Assembly (NCBI GenBank): GCA_049798495.1
Contig: JBARGS010000165.1
Span: 1 to 62,869, forward strand
DNA from: Candidatus Korobacteraceae bacterium
Lineage (GTDB): Bacteria > Acidobacteriota > Terriglobia > Terriglobales > Acidobacteriaceae
Direction of reading: 5' to 3'
Length of the DNA stretch: 62,869 bases
Shown here: positions 8,309-18,412 of the stretch, piece by piece
Layout: each line of letters begins with the position of its first letter
Numbering within the stretch: position 1 is the stretch's first letter
Program-made: the position numbers and the translations under genes
The notes under the pieces: model-generated
What the model was told of the DNA's origin: nothing
Databases searched by the model: none
Seen by the model: the letters and a program-made list of their open reading frames with translations, nothing else

Positions 8309-9283
8309 ATGTTTCCCAGAAGACAGCTTGGGTCCAGTATTAGCCCTGCGACCGTCACCATCCCTGAACTCGAACAAGGCAAGACAGCCGTACTCAATAC
8401 GCTCGCTTCTGAACACTCTCGGCGAAGCTATGAATACGCCATCGAAAGGTTCATCGTCTGGTATTGCAGCGAACCCAGATTGACATTCAACCGTACCGTT
8501 GTGATGAGATACCGCTCATTCCTGGAACGTCTCTCCTTGTCCTCCTCTACGATCAACTCACGTCTTTCGGCGATTCGGAGGCTGGCCGATGAATCTGCTG
8601 AGAGCGGCTGGCTGAGCCCAGAGCTTGCGATTGGAATCCGGCGAGTGAAGGGAGTGAAACGGCTCGGACGGAAGAGCGGCAACTGGTTGACCCGCAATCA
8701 GGCACAAGACCTAGTAAATGCCGCTTCGCAAGCAGATCTGCGCGGCCGGAGAGATGGAGCAATGCCTGGATTGCTATTGGGATGTGGATTGCGGCGCTCG
8801 GAAGTCGTCGGTTTGAGGCTTGACCAGCTGCAATCGAGGGAGGGCCACTGGGTGATAGTTGATTTGGTCAGCAAGGGAAGACGGCTACGAACGGTACCGG
8901 TGCCATCGTGGTGCAAGGAGCTGCTCGATGCCTGGGTCCGCGATTCGGGCGTGAGCGAGGGAAGAGTTTTCAGAAGGCTTTTGAAAGGAGGGACGCGGCG
9001 AGAAGAGGGTGTGACGGCCAACGTAGTCTGGTATGCCGTGAAGCGATGTGCTTGTCAGGCTGGCCTAACCAGCCTAGCTCCTCACGATCTTCGTCGCACC
9101 TGCGCCCGGCTTTGCCATGGTTGTGGAGGCGAACTCGAACAGATTCAGTTTCTGCTCGGCCACGCTTCAGTGCAAACAACGGAGCGGTACATCGGAAGCA
9201 AACAGAAGCTTCAAGATGCGGTGAATGATCGACTCGGAATTTCAGTCGCTAGTGACGCCGCCCTGAAGAGTTTCAGGCGCTGA
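8309..9283 (+). CDS. Tyrosine recombinase / site-specific integrase
   Basis: AAAGGAG RBS. Catalytic-type motifs GLRRSEVVGL, HDLRRTCARL and LLGHASVQTTERYIG. Confidence 0.85.
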   Translation: MFPRRQLGSSISPATVTIPELEQGKTAVLNTLASEHSRRSYEYAIERFIVWYCSEPRLTFNRTVVMRYRSFLERLSLSSSTINSRLSAIRRLADESAESGWLSPELAIGIRRVKGVKRLGRKSGNWLTRNQAQDLVNAASQADLRGRRDGAMPGLLLGCGLRRSEVVGLRLDQLQSREGHWVIVDLVSKGRRLRTVPVPSWCKELLDAWVRDSGVSEGRVFRRLLKGGTRREEGVTANVVWYAVKRCACQAGLTSLAPHDLRRTCARLCHGCGGELEQIQFLLGHASVQTTERYIGSKQKLQDAVNDRLGISVASDAALKSFRR

Positions 9284-9355
9284 CCGTTTCGCGCCATTGG
9301 CGATAGCGTCCTTTATCATCTTTACGTTGTGCTGCTATACGCGATCTAAGGCATA

Positions 9356-9699
9356 GTGGCACAGTTCAGACAGGAAGCTAGCCGAATCGAAAATGCCATC
9401 ACAGCTATTATGGGACTGGGCTCCCAACCTGCACGTCGAGGTCGTCCGCCCAAGACACAGGCATCGCAATCAGCACCACGCAAACGCACAATGAGTGCTT
9501 CGGCACGTGCCAAAATCTCTGCTGCACAAAGGCACGATGGGCGAAGCAGAAAGGCAAGTCTGCGCTAACAAAGGCCACAGCGCCAATCAAGAAAGCTCCT
9601 GCTCGTAAGGCGATGAGTCCGGGAACGCGGAATAAGCTATCTGCTCTCGCGAACGCCCGTTGGGCAGCGCGTAAGAAAGCTGGCACGACGACTCTGTAG
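9356..9699 (+). pseudogene. Decayed copy of the small AT-hook basic protein family (paralog 1)
   Basis: Alignable at nucleotide level with 25978..26307 and 31702..32055. Relative to them the upstream leader is partly deleted, the Gln codon of the MDIQ start region reads TAA, and a base is missing from a G run at 9531-9532 (AAQRHDG instead of AAQRARWAK). The restored frame ends at the TAG at 9697-9699. Confidence 0.6.
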
Positions 9700-10491
9700 A
9701 ACCTGTTATCCGCAGAAGCGTCCGACGGCGCACGTAGCACCCCGTTTCAACCAATACTCCTGACGTAGACCAGTCAAGATGTCTGCTGTTCTGAAACCCC
9801 GAGGCGGCGGCTTATGGCCGGCCAGTGTCGTTGAGTGTGGACGGACCAGATTGTCTCAGGTGAAGGGTTCGATAAATGAAGGCTTGCTGAGTGTCGAAAC
9901 GGAAGTTGTCTCAGGAGCGGGGGTCAGTCCAGCTGTGATGGAAAAACCAGGTGCCCTAGTTCCCCGTAAGCTATTCCTCCCGTTAACTCCTCCCCAGATA
10001 ACGCGACGCGCGTCCCCTGATTCCGGTACTCCAAGGCCTCGTAAGAACTCGCGAGCTGCGTCCATATTGCCTTGCAACCAGCCTCGATCTTCCAGACGAA
10101 AAGTGCAGTTATTCGGACGCGCAGAAACATTTTCGAGCGATCTCTGTTGCCCGAGGTGGCACTCCCAATCACCAATTTCGACGCCTACTCTCGGCTTGGC
10201 ACAAGCGCGTTTCTCGGGACTCATCACTCAAGCGAACGCTAGCCTCCGTTGTTGCCTGTTATCTAGGAGTAAATAGAGGTGCTTGGCGGTCGAGGAAGCG
10301 AGGACAAAAGTAAGCGTCAGAGGAAGCACACGGTTGACGGGTCGAGTCCGCAGCCAGCGTCAAAACGCCTGCACGAAGAACAGGCTTGGTTGCCGTTCGG
10401 ACGGCCGATGATGCTTCCGTGTTGTCCCTGACTCGTGGACCAATGACCAAGGCGTCAGGAATGGCCACGTCGCCGGTTCGTTTCGCGTTGT

Positions 10492-10696
10492 TCAGTCCTT
10501 TGTGTTCGGCTCCTCTAGGCGAAGGAACTGGACACCGTCCGAGGGCGTTGCCGGCGATCAGTTTGCGGTCGTTGATGAAAGCGCAACAAAATGCGTACCC
10601 GTCGCAGGTGAACGTGGCGAGTGGCATTCCGCTTTCCACATCCCACAGCTTGAGCGTATTGTCATCAGAAGCGGAAACTGCTGCTGACCTCATCAC
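10492..10696 (-). pseudogene. Last WD40 repeat of a large WD40 (NACHT/STAND-type) protein, remnant
   Basis: SASDDNTLKLWDVESG...ATFTCDGYAFCCAF..IAGNALG. After a 1-nt shift at 10539-10540 it continues DGVQFLRLEEPNTKD*, a typical C-terminus of such proteins. Nothing upstream of the single repeat is left. Confidence 0.55.
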
Positions 10697-10940
10697 GTCC
10701 CCCCGTGAGCACTATCACTGACTCAAATTGCGATTTGCGGTAAAGGACACTCAGCGGAAATGAGTGGTTTTTTCGCAAGTCCGGCGGCCGAATCTGAAGA
10801 TAGCACGACGCTGGACGCAGCACCCTGTTTCTCGATCCGCTGAAAGTCGTTTACCTTCGGCTGACCGAGAAACCGGGGCCGTCCAGCTTTCCTATCTCGC
10901 TTGCGGACGGCACCGCCAGCAAGCTATAGAGGAGGAAATC

Positions 10941-11335
10941 ATGAAATACACGAAAGTGATCAGCGTCACGTTGTTTTGTATTGGATTTGTGCTCGGCTCG
11001 GCGTCACTGACATTCGGGCAGGGCGGCGCGCCGCCGTATGCTGGCCTCAACTACGAGAAGATAGCGCTTCTGGATTGGTACGCCGCCAACCAGAGTACAA
11101 GCATCAAGGTGGGCTTGAGTCCTTATGGCGTGGCCTTTGACGGGGCCAACGTCTGGGTGACGGACGGTGGAAGCGTCACCAAGCTGCGGGCTGCGGATGG
11201 CGCCATCCTAGGGACGTTCAACGTGGGCGCCTATGGTCCTGGGACTCTGGTCTTTGACGGGGCCAACATTTGGGTCACAAGTAACGGCGGCGTTACCAAG
11301 GTGCAGGCTTCCGACGGCGGAGGGATTAGCAACTC
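10941..11335 (+). pseudogene. Secreted beta-propeller-type repeat protein, 3'-truncated by an IS66 fragment
   Basis: GGAGGA RBS and ATG at 10941. Signal peptide MKYTKVISVTLFCIGFVLGSASLTFGQ. Repeats YGVAFDGANVWVTDGGSVTKL and LVFDGANIWVTSNGGVTKV. The reading frame runs into IS66 sequence near 11335. Confidence 0.6.
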
Positions 11336-12305
11336 GCCAACTTTCAGGACCCAACCGTCCAGCGTTGCTCGACTAATTTCCAGGCCGAGGTCCCTTCCCA
11401 GAATCATGCTCTGCCGATACAGGGGCGTGTGATTGCAATATTTGCCGATGACCGTGTCGATGACGATGCGGTCACTCGCCAGGCACTTCTCGACGATCCG
11501 TCGTGGCAGCGGCGCTGAGACTACTCCGAGCTCCTCACACGACCGGCAAGCCCGTTTCTCTCGTTTCGTGACCAATACGAAGTACTTCGCCGGCTCCACA
11601 TCCAGCTGGGAACTCTCCTCGTAGCCGATCACCACAGTTTCTTTGCCGCAACTCTTGCACACGCGCTGATCCAGTGTGCAAGGCAGGATCCGCTCTACGC
11701 GAGGAAGATTCGCAGGCAACTTCTGGCGGCCTGGATGCTTGCAGCATCTATTCGTCGAGCGCCGCACCGGCGCGTACTCACTCTCCCCCTGCACCATCAC
11801 TGCACGGACGGAGGGTGCAAGTTCGAACAATTCCAGTTGCGCTTGGGAGAGTTTTTCACCGCCCGCTCCATACTTCTCGATGCGGATCAGCCGCAGCTGC
11901 TCTTCCAGCACACGGATCCTCAGCTCCGCGTACTGCAACCGGCTCTTCAGTTGAGCTATGAGTTCCAGATCGGCTGGCGCTGAAGGAATGGGCGCTTCAC
12001 TCACAATGGGCTACTGATTTAACAGAGTCGGCCAGCGACGCGCAAGCAGTCTATGCGGCGGCACTTCCTTCTGGCGGAGCCTTTCGGTACCATCGCTTGT
12101 GCTTGGTCTTGGCCAGATCGATCCCACTTAACAAAAGAGAGAGCTCTTCGTGACTCAGGACAACCTTGCCCTGCGCATCGCCGGATTGCGGCCAGGTGAA
12201 ACGCCCTTTCTCTAACCGCTTGGCACAGACCCAGAGCCCGCTACCATCCCAGACCAGGACTTTCAACCGATTGCGCTGGGCGTTGCAGAACAAGAACAGG
12301 TGCCC
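11336..12305 (-). mobile_element. IS66-family fragment: N-terminal part of the transposase (about 11336-12004) and C-terminal part of accessory TnpB/Orf2 (12051-12305)
   Basis: The transposase part has a leucine-zipper region, the zf-IS66 motif (CKSCGKE...CRSCEE) and PLYRQSMIL..LEISRATLDGWV, then stops where the DDE domain should begin. The TnpB part reads SGHLFLFCNAQRNRLKVLVWDGSGLWVCAKRLEKGRFTWP and lacks its N-terminus. No terminal inverted repeats remain. Confidence 0.8.
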
Positions 12306-12905
12306 GACTACTTTGACGTCATCGAGCTTGCCGACAACCGAACGCTATTCGCAATAGCGGATGTGTCTGCGAAAGGGATGCCGGCCGCGCTGCTGGCCGC
12401 GAACATACAGGCTCTCGTCAGAAGCATCGCCAACGTTGAGGCCGATCCCTTGGCATTGGCTCGACAGATTAACAAACACCTGAGCCGTTATACCCCAACG
12501 GATCGCTTGGCGACGGCGGTGTTCATCGTGCCGAGCCGCGATTCGGGAGAATTGGCCTATGTGAATGCCGGCCACAACGCTCCGATTATGTTCGGTTCCG
12601 GATCAACGACAGCGCTGGAAGCTACTGGTATGCCGCTTGGGTTATTTCCCGAAGCGGCATATGAAGCTCGTACGGCCGTTCTTTTTCCTGGCGGCGCCCT
12701 CCTCCTTTTCACGGACGGATTGACCGACTCGATTCCTGGAGAGAATCCTGAGGATCGTTTGCGTGACTGTCTTAGCGGACAGCTCGGGAAAAGAATGTCT
12801 GGTCTCACGTCGTTAGTGGACCCGAAATTCAAAGAGGATGATGTCACCATATTGCTCGCGAAACGTGATGAACCTTCCAGCGGCACACTCGCATGGGATG
12901 GCTAG
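12306..12905 (+). pseudogene. PP2C/SpoIIE-type phosphatase domain, 5'-truncated at the IS66 junction
   Basis: Starts inside the conserved GGDYYD motif (..DYFDVIEL) and continues ADVSAKGMPAALLAANIQALVR, NAGHNAP, LFTDGLTD, DDVTILLAK. No sensor domain and no credible start. Confidence 0.7.
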
Positions 12906-13119
12906 TCGAGCCCCAAAAAGAAATAACATTCAGAGTTGTCTGCAAACGAGAAGTAATCCGGTTCTTCGTCGGCCACCTTACCTTCGGGTCAATCTGCCGT
13001 TTTCTCGTCATCCGCCCTTAGTTCGAAAGAGGCCGTAAGCTGTGTTGTTCTTGACCGCATGGGGGAGCCGGCATACGATTCACTCGGAAAACTCTCCGGA
13101 AACTGAGCCGCATAGAATC

Positions 13120-15744
13120 ATGCAAGGATTCCGTTCGTTTCGAAAGCCGCTCCTGGCAACCGTGGCCATTTTGTTTGCGGCTACCGCCATCGTCTACAGC
13201 GGTCTCTGGACACTTTACGGCAATCAGCCGTTGCCGGTGGAGCTGGGCTTCGACAGTCAGTACTTGCCCGCCGAGCATTCCTTGCTCGTGCAGAGCGTGG
13301 TGCGCGGCAGTCCGGCCGAACAGTCTGGGGTGAAACCGGGAGATCACATTATCCGGATCAACGGCACTCCACTGGAGGAAGATTCGCTAGAACGTGTCTG
13401 GCTTCAACATCACCCGGGCGACAGCGTTGAGTTGGCTGTCCAGCGGCCTGGTGTTTCAGATCCACTTGACCTAAAGGCTAGGTTTCGGGCGAGCGGTTCC
13501 GCTTCTTCTGAAGCGGGTGCAGTGCAGCACCTCGGACAGGGCATCCTTCGCTTGTATCCTTTTGCTTTTCTCATGGTGGGTTTGGCGGTTTTGTTCCTTC
13601 GCCTGGAGGACCCAAACGCATGGCTCGTGGCTTTGATGTTTGGTGGCTTCATCGCCATACCGGGGTTTGCCAACTCGTTCCTGGGTGTGCCTCCTTCCTT
13701 GCGACTATTGGCAGTAGCTTACCGGGCGATCTTCGACAACATGGTTCCGGCGTTGTTTTACTTTTTTTTTGCAATCTTTCCCACGCAATCGCCGCTTGAC
13801 CGTCGTGTTCCCTGGTTGAAGTGGCTCGCGCTTGTGCTGGGCGGGGCTTTGGCTCTGCCGCTGGGAGTGGCTTTGGTTCTGCCGGCATCGGGCGGGATTG
13901 AACCCAGTCGGGTCGCGGGCTTCGGATGGCTGGCCAGTCAATACGCGCACCTCCTGATATTCTCCTTCGATTATGGGCTTGTCGCCTTGGGCTTCGTTTC
14001 CTTGACATGGAACGCCCTCACGGTTGGCTCTTCCGAAGCGCGACGGAAGATTAGAGTCATTCTGGTCGGAACGCTGGTGGGCGTCGTGCCCGCCACCTTG
14101 GGATTGGGAGCCAACGACTTTTTCGGATTTCGCATCGGTCTTTGGCTGGGCGTAACCTTGACCGTCTTGCTGTGGCTTTTCCCCCTATCCTTCGCCTATG
14201 CCGTGGTCAAGCATCGGGTGCTCGAGATCCCGGTCCTGCTCCGACGGAGTGCGCGCTATCTGCTGGTGCAACGCGGCTTTGTGATTTTGCTTGCCCTGCT
14301 GAGCATCGGTATGACATGGGCGTTTGCCCTGGTCTTTGCCCGCTATCTCCGACCGCTCACGGCGGGGGCCCTGCCCGGCGGCATTGCTTTGGGAACAGCT
14401 TTCGGCACCGTCATGCTGTGGACGGGAACGCGGATCCACAAAGATGTGGGGGGACGGATCGACCGGGCTTTCTTCCGCAACGCCTATGACGCGCGTATCA
14501 TTCTGGAGGACCTGGTTGAGAAAACTCGCACGGCAACAGATCGGCCACAACTAGCGGCATTGCTCGAGTACCATCTCAATCAAGCGCTGCAGCCCAGCTC
14601 TTTGGTGGTTTATTTCGAGACCAGTCACGATCACCTTTCAGCAGTGAGCGGCGACGTCCCGCCGGCGCTCAAAGCCATTTCTGCCACCGAACCCACATTA
14701 GCCAATCTAGCCCGTCGCGGTCAGCCTTTGGAGGTTTCAGTGGAAGGCCTGGGTGATGCTCCGGCGCCTATTTGGCTGGCGCTGACGCCGGACTGTCTGG
14801 TGCCAATTCTGGGCCGTGATAATCGACTCGTCGGCCTGGTTGTACTAGGCCCGCGCCTCTCCGAGGAGCCGTATTCGAGGGAAGACAAACAGTTGCTGGC
14901 CTCCGTCGCCAGTCAGGCCGGAATTGCGCTGGAAAGCATTCGCATGGGTGAGAAGATCGCCGAAAGCATTGAGGCGGAACGCCGCGCGGCACAGGAAATG
15001 GAATTCGCCCGCCAAGTGCAAGCTAGGCTCTTCCCTCAAAAGCTGCCATCCATGAAGACGCTCGAGTATACGGCTGACTGCATTCCCGCTCGAACAGTGG
15101 GCGGGGATTACTACGACTTTCTGGAGCTTCGCCCAGGCCGCTTGGCGCTGGTGCTGGCCGACATTGCGGGCAAAGGAGTGTCCGGCGCCCTGCTGATGGC
15201 AAATCTGCAGGCCAATTTGCGCAGTCAATACGCGATGGCGGTCGATGAGTTGCCGCTACTGCTCGCCTCGGTCAACCGCTTGTTCTACGAGAGTACCGAC
15301 GACGCCAGTTACGCCACCCTATTCTTTGCGGATTATGACGACATAAGTCGCAAGGTCCGCTACGCGAATTGCGGACATCTTCCCCCACTCCTGCTGCGTG
15401 CCCGGGAAAGCTCGCGGGATCAGTTTTCACAGACGCCGAAGCTGGAGTGGCTGCGCGCCACAAGCACCGTGATGGGATTGTTTGAAGACTGGCATTGCGA
15501 GATCGCAGAAGTACAGCTCGCTCCAGGTGACACTCTGGTCCTCTACACAGATGGAATCACCGAGGCCACGAACTTGGACGGGGAAGAGTTTGGCGAGTCC
15601 CGTTTATTGGACACGCTTGAGAGCCATTCTCACCAACCACTGGGACGCCTCCTCCAATCGGTTGTTGGGGCGGTCCAGCAATTCGGCGGCGACAGCGAAC
15701 AGCAGGATGACATCACACTGGTGATTGCCCGGTCTCTCGCATAA
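13120..15744 (+). CDS. Membrane-bound PDZ - multi-TM - GAF - PP2C/SpoIIE phosphatase
   Basis: PDZ motif (VVRGSPAEQSGVKPGDHIIRINGTPL), about 8 hydrophobic segments, GAF-like region (LVPILGRDNRLVGLVVLG..EDKQLLASVASQAGIALE), and PP2C motifs (VGGDYYDF, ADIAGKGVSGALLMA, NCGHLPP, LYTDGITEA, DDITLVIA). The ATG at 13120 is preferred over the GTG at 13042. Confidence 0.85.
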   Translation: MQGFRSFRKPLLATVAILFAATAIVYSGLWTLYGNQPLPVELGFDSQYLPAEHSLLVQSVVRGSPAEQSGVKPGDHIIRINGTPLEEDSLERVWLQHHPGDSVELAVQRPGVSDPLDLKARFRASGSASSEAGAVQHLGQGILRLYPFAFLMVGLAVLFLRLEDPNAWLVALMFGGFIAIPGFANSFLGVPPSLRLLAVAYRAIFDNMVPALFYFFFAIFPTQSPLDRRVPWLKWLALVLGGALALPLGVALVLPASGGIEPSRVAGFGWLASQYAHLLIFSFDYGLVALGFVSLTWNALTVGSSEARRKIRVILVGTLVGVVPATLGLGANDFFGFRIGLWLGVTLTVLLWLFPLSFAYAVVKHRVLEIPVLLRRSARYLLVQRGFVILLALLSIGMTWAFALVFARYLRPLTAGALPGGIALGTAFGTVMLWTGTRIHKDVGGRIDRAFFRNAYDARIILEDLVEKTRTATDRPQLAALLEYHLNQALQPSSLVVYFETSHDHLSAVSGDVPPALKAISATEPTLANLARRGQPLEVSVEGLGDAPAPIWLALTPDCLVPILGRDNRLVGLVVLGPRLSEEPYSREDKQLLASVASQAGIALESIRMGEKIAESIEAERRAAQEMEFARQVQARLFPQKLPSMKTLEYTADCIPARTVGGDYYDFLELRPGRLALVLADIAGKGVSGALLMANLQANLRSQYAMAVDELPLLLASVNRLFYESTDDASYATLFFADYDDISRKVRYANCGHLPPLLLRARESSRDQFSQTPKLEWLRATSTVMGLFEDWHCEIAEVQLAPGDTLVLYTDGITEATNLDGEEFGESRLLDTLESHSHQPLGRLLQSVVGAVQQFGGDSEQQDDITLVIARSLA

Positions 15745-15959
15745 TTGGATCCGCGTCGGCCGAAGCTCGCAAGGCAGGACCCGCCAAACACTCGACGAGG
15801 ATTTCGGTAATGTCCACATCTGCGACTCTCCCAATCCTTCGAAGATGGCATCTTGACGATGGGAAACTTCGCCAGCCTCGCGCGGAAATAGATGATATAC
15901 AAATCCGTTTTATCGAGTCTTACGTCCTCCACATCGTTTACTCGCGCTTGCCTCTCTCC

Positions 15960-16340
15960 GTCTCATCACCGTGATTTGTTTTGGGTTTGTCGCGGCCGGC
16001 ATCATCGCCGGCCGCACTCTCCACGGGAATTGGCTCGGACACCCAGAAACCTTTTGCCATCGTTATTGCTGGAGGAAGCGACGGAGGAGCGCCTTGGCGA
16101 ACGTTGGTTCGGGACGAGGATGGAAATCTCCATGGCACGGCTCCCAGCGGCGGGGACCGCAAATTGCCCGTTCAGCGGCGGTTGAGGCTGCGGAGTTGCC
16201 TTCAAGATAGACGCGGCGGGCAATTAGCTGTTATCAACACCTTCGAGGTAGCGAACGGATTAAATCCTTATGCGGGATTAGTCCGGGATAGTGCGCGGGC
16301 AATCTTTTACGGTACCGCCCTCTCAGGATGGTCCAGCAAT
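15960..16340 (+). pseudogene. Remnant of a GloVer-type tandem-repeat (choice-of-anchor) protein
   Basis: Across frames: GGSDGGAPWRTLVRDEDGNLHGTAPSGG; GTANCPFSGG*GCGVAFKIDAAGN* (in-frame stops); LAVINTFEVANGLNPYAGLVRDSARAIFYGTALSG. This follows the DG..P..L..D..GNLYGTT..GG ... GCGTVFKL periodicity. Confidence 0.45.
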
Positions 16341-16346
16341 TCCCGT

Positions 16347-17399
16347 TTAAATTCTATCGCCGAGGAGGTGAAACGAAAGCGTTGACGCTGTGACGCGGCT
16401 TCTGCCGTAATAAAAAAATAGTACGAGCCACAATGTTTGCAGTACAAGGAGAACTGGCACAGAAAACACCTGCGATAAGGCAGCCGCAAGATTCGGTGCA
16501 GCTTGCGAACCAGTCGGCGTCAGCAGAAGTACGAGGCTGAGATAGATCACCGAGATAAGTGCCATTACCTGATACATCGAAATCCGTGAGCTGCCGCGGT
16601 AGTCAGCGCGCAACGACTCGGAACAGGCGCGCCATCCCCAACTCGCGATAAGCGGAAGCAGCGCTGCCAGACGAAACCGTTGTGCCAGGAACAGTACAAG
16701 GCCCGCCAGTCCCGACGCCACGAAAATCAAGGACGTAATCGCTTGCACCGGAATGAGCGGCTCGCCATCGAACCCAGACGCATACGCCGCTTTCTTAATG
16801 GCGCCGCGAATTACCAGATTGTGGTTTCGAAAAAGTCGTGCGATAGCAGGATGTGCGTGGCGAAGCGGCATGCCGTAACAGCATCCGAAGCTTAGGCAGG
16901 CGAGCCGCCCGATTGACTCTGCCAGTACGTAGGCTATGGCCGCAGCTGCGAGGATTGCAGAGAATGGCATTTCAGAATGAAGCACTCGGGCAGACAATGG
17001 TCGCAGCGCCAGCACCAGTAGTGGCAGGAGGATTGTTGCGACAAAAGCAGCGCCCGCGATGGTAAAGGTGTTGCGCTTGTGCTCGACGATCCCGGCAATC
17101 ACACGCGATGCCCGCACACAGACCAAAAGAACCAATACCAGCAGCGCAATACTAACGGTCACTGGAATACCGACCGATGCCAGTAACAACAACATCATCG
17201 CGAAGCCAAATGCAATTCCGGTGGAACTAAAAAAGCCGTAGAAAGTCAGATTCACCCCCTTCCACGAGCCATCGGTTGATTTTGAGATGGGCACGGCTGC
17301 CAGCATCTGCCAACGCTCCGCGGGTAGGGTTCGAACCCCCCAGACAACAAGTGCAAACAAACCGAGTGCCATGGCTGCAACAAAGGCCACGTTCAGCAT
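16347..17399 (-). CDS. Polytopic membrane protein of the prolipoprotein diacylglyceryl transferase (Lgt)-like family
   Basis: About 8 TM segments. GRLACLSFGCCYGMP resembles the Lgt GR.G.F.NGCCYG motif, and PLIPVQAITSLIF resembles the P.QLYE region. The start overlaps the upstream stop by 7 nt (17393-17399). Confidence 0.65.
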   Translation of the reverse strand: MLNVAFVAAMALGLFALVVWGVRTLPAERWQMLAAVPISKSTDGSWKGVNLTFYGFFSSTGIAFGFAMMLLLLASVGIPVTVSIALLVLVLLVCVRASRVIAGIVEHKRNTFTIAGAAFVATILLPLLVLALRPLSARVLHSEMPFSAILAAAAIAYVLAESIGRLACLSFGCCYGMPLRHAHPAIARLFRNHNLVIRGAIKKAAYASGFDGEPLIPVQAITSLIFVASGLAGLVLFLAQRFRLAALLPLIASWGWRACSESLRADYRGSSRISMYQVMALISVIYLSLVLLLTPTGSQAAPNLAAALSQVFSVPVLLVLQTLWLVLFFYYGRSRVTASTLSFHLLGDRI

Positions 17400-18412
17400 G
17401 GTTCCTCCTCGACTGGCGTAGCCAGCAACGAACGCACCGCGACATCCGTTTCCGTTACCGGCTTGCCCAAAGTCAGCGAGAAGCGGTTTCGAACGCCGCT
17501 ACGCTGTTGGTTCTCAATCAGGTCGCGGGCGAAGCGAATGCGATTACGCTGAAACAGCAGGACGACGGTACTGCTACCCGGCCGAAAGAGCGCTTTGGGC
17601 GCGCCTGTCCGCAGGAACATTCCCTTCTCAATATTGCGCGGATTCTCGTAGCGGTGTTCACTGTAGCGCTGCTCGATCTGTCCAATCATGAGCGCCACCA
17701 CCTCGATCATGGCCACACGTCCTACTAACGAGCCGTTGTGGCAGTCGGTATCAAGAATCGTCACCACGCGACGGTTCTTTGAGACTGGAGTTAGCAATTG
17801 CACCGTCACGTTGGGATTGCAGGGATGGTAGCGCCCCTCGACGGAATAGATATCGAGCACTTCGCCTGACACCGGACTGTGCGTGTAGTGATATTTGTCC
17901 GGAGTCAGACGAAACACTGCATAATCCCCATCAGTGAACAAACGTTGCCATGGCGAGCCATCGCCAAGCAGTTCCGGGAAAGAGAAGAACTTCTGTTTCA
18001 GATACAGACCTGATGCCTGCGACATGGAACCGATCAGCCCGCGCGAATCTGCGGGGCAGACTATGGCGTTCGGATTCTCCGGCTCAGGGCGGCAATCCCA
18101 ATAGCGGATCTGGCGCTCGAAAATCTTGCGTGCGGTGTCGTATTCAGACAAGTTGCCGGCGAACTCTGAAAACAGGATGCCGGACTGGCGCAGAAACTTC
18201 AGCATACCCGTGGCACGTGAGGACAGCATGTTGTCATAATTCAGGTAGCCGAGGACGCTCGAAACGTAGCGGCTGGAGGATAGCCGGGTCAGTAGCGGCG
18301 CCTTCTCCAGCGCTGGAGAGTAGAGCGTTCTGACGAGAGAGTTCGCCAAAAGGTGTTCGCGTACTATGTTGCCTGTGGCCCGATCGATGTACTCATGTTC
18401 TATGGGGTTCAT
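17393..18412 (-). CDS. Phosphatidylserine decarboxylase-family (pyruvoyl-dependent) protein
   Basis: N-terminus YIDRATGNIVREHLLANSLVRTLYS resembles long-form bacterial Psd. Also FRLTPDKYHYTHSPVSG and FRPGSSTVVLLF (G-S-S/T self-cleavage region). ATGA overlap with the upstream gene at 18409-18412. Confidence 0.8.
   Translation of the reverse strand: MNPIEHEYIDRATGNIVREHLLANSLVRTLYSPALEKAPLLTRLSSSRYVSSVLGYLNYDNMLSSRATGMLKFLRQSGILFSEFAGNLSEYDTARKIFERQIRYWDCRPEPENPNAIVCPADSRGLIGSMSQASGLYLKQKFFSFPELLGDGSPWQRLFTDGDYAVFRLTPDKYHYTHSPVSGEVLDIYSVEGRYHPCNPNVTVQLLTPVSKNRRVVTILDTDCHNGSLVGRVAMIEVVALMIGQIEQRYSEHRYENPRNIEKGMFLRTGAPKALFRPGSSTVVLLFQRNRIRFARDLIENQQRSGVRNRFSLTLGKPVTETDVAVRSLLATPVEEEPC

Noticed and set aside
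9856-10227. 123-aa minus-strand ORF (and an 83-aa alternate frame) between the AT-hook pseudogene and the WD40 remnant
   Set aside because: No motif that I can assign, no good RBS, and competing ORFs in other frames. It may be another decayed fragment, but I cannot support a call.
17321-17345. GGTTCGAACCCC, a tRNA T-loop-like string
   Set aside because: It lies inside the Lgt-like CDS. No acceptor or anticodon arms can be folded around it. No tRNA was found anywhere in the window.
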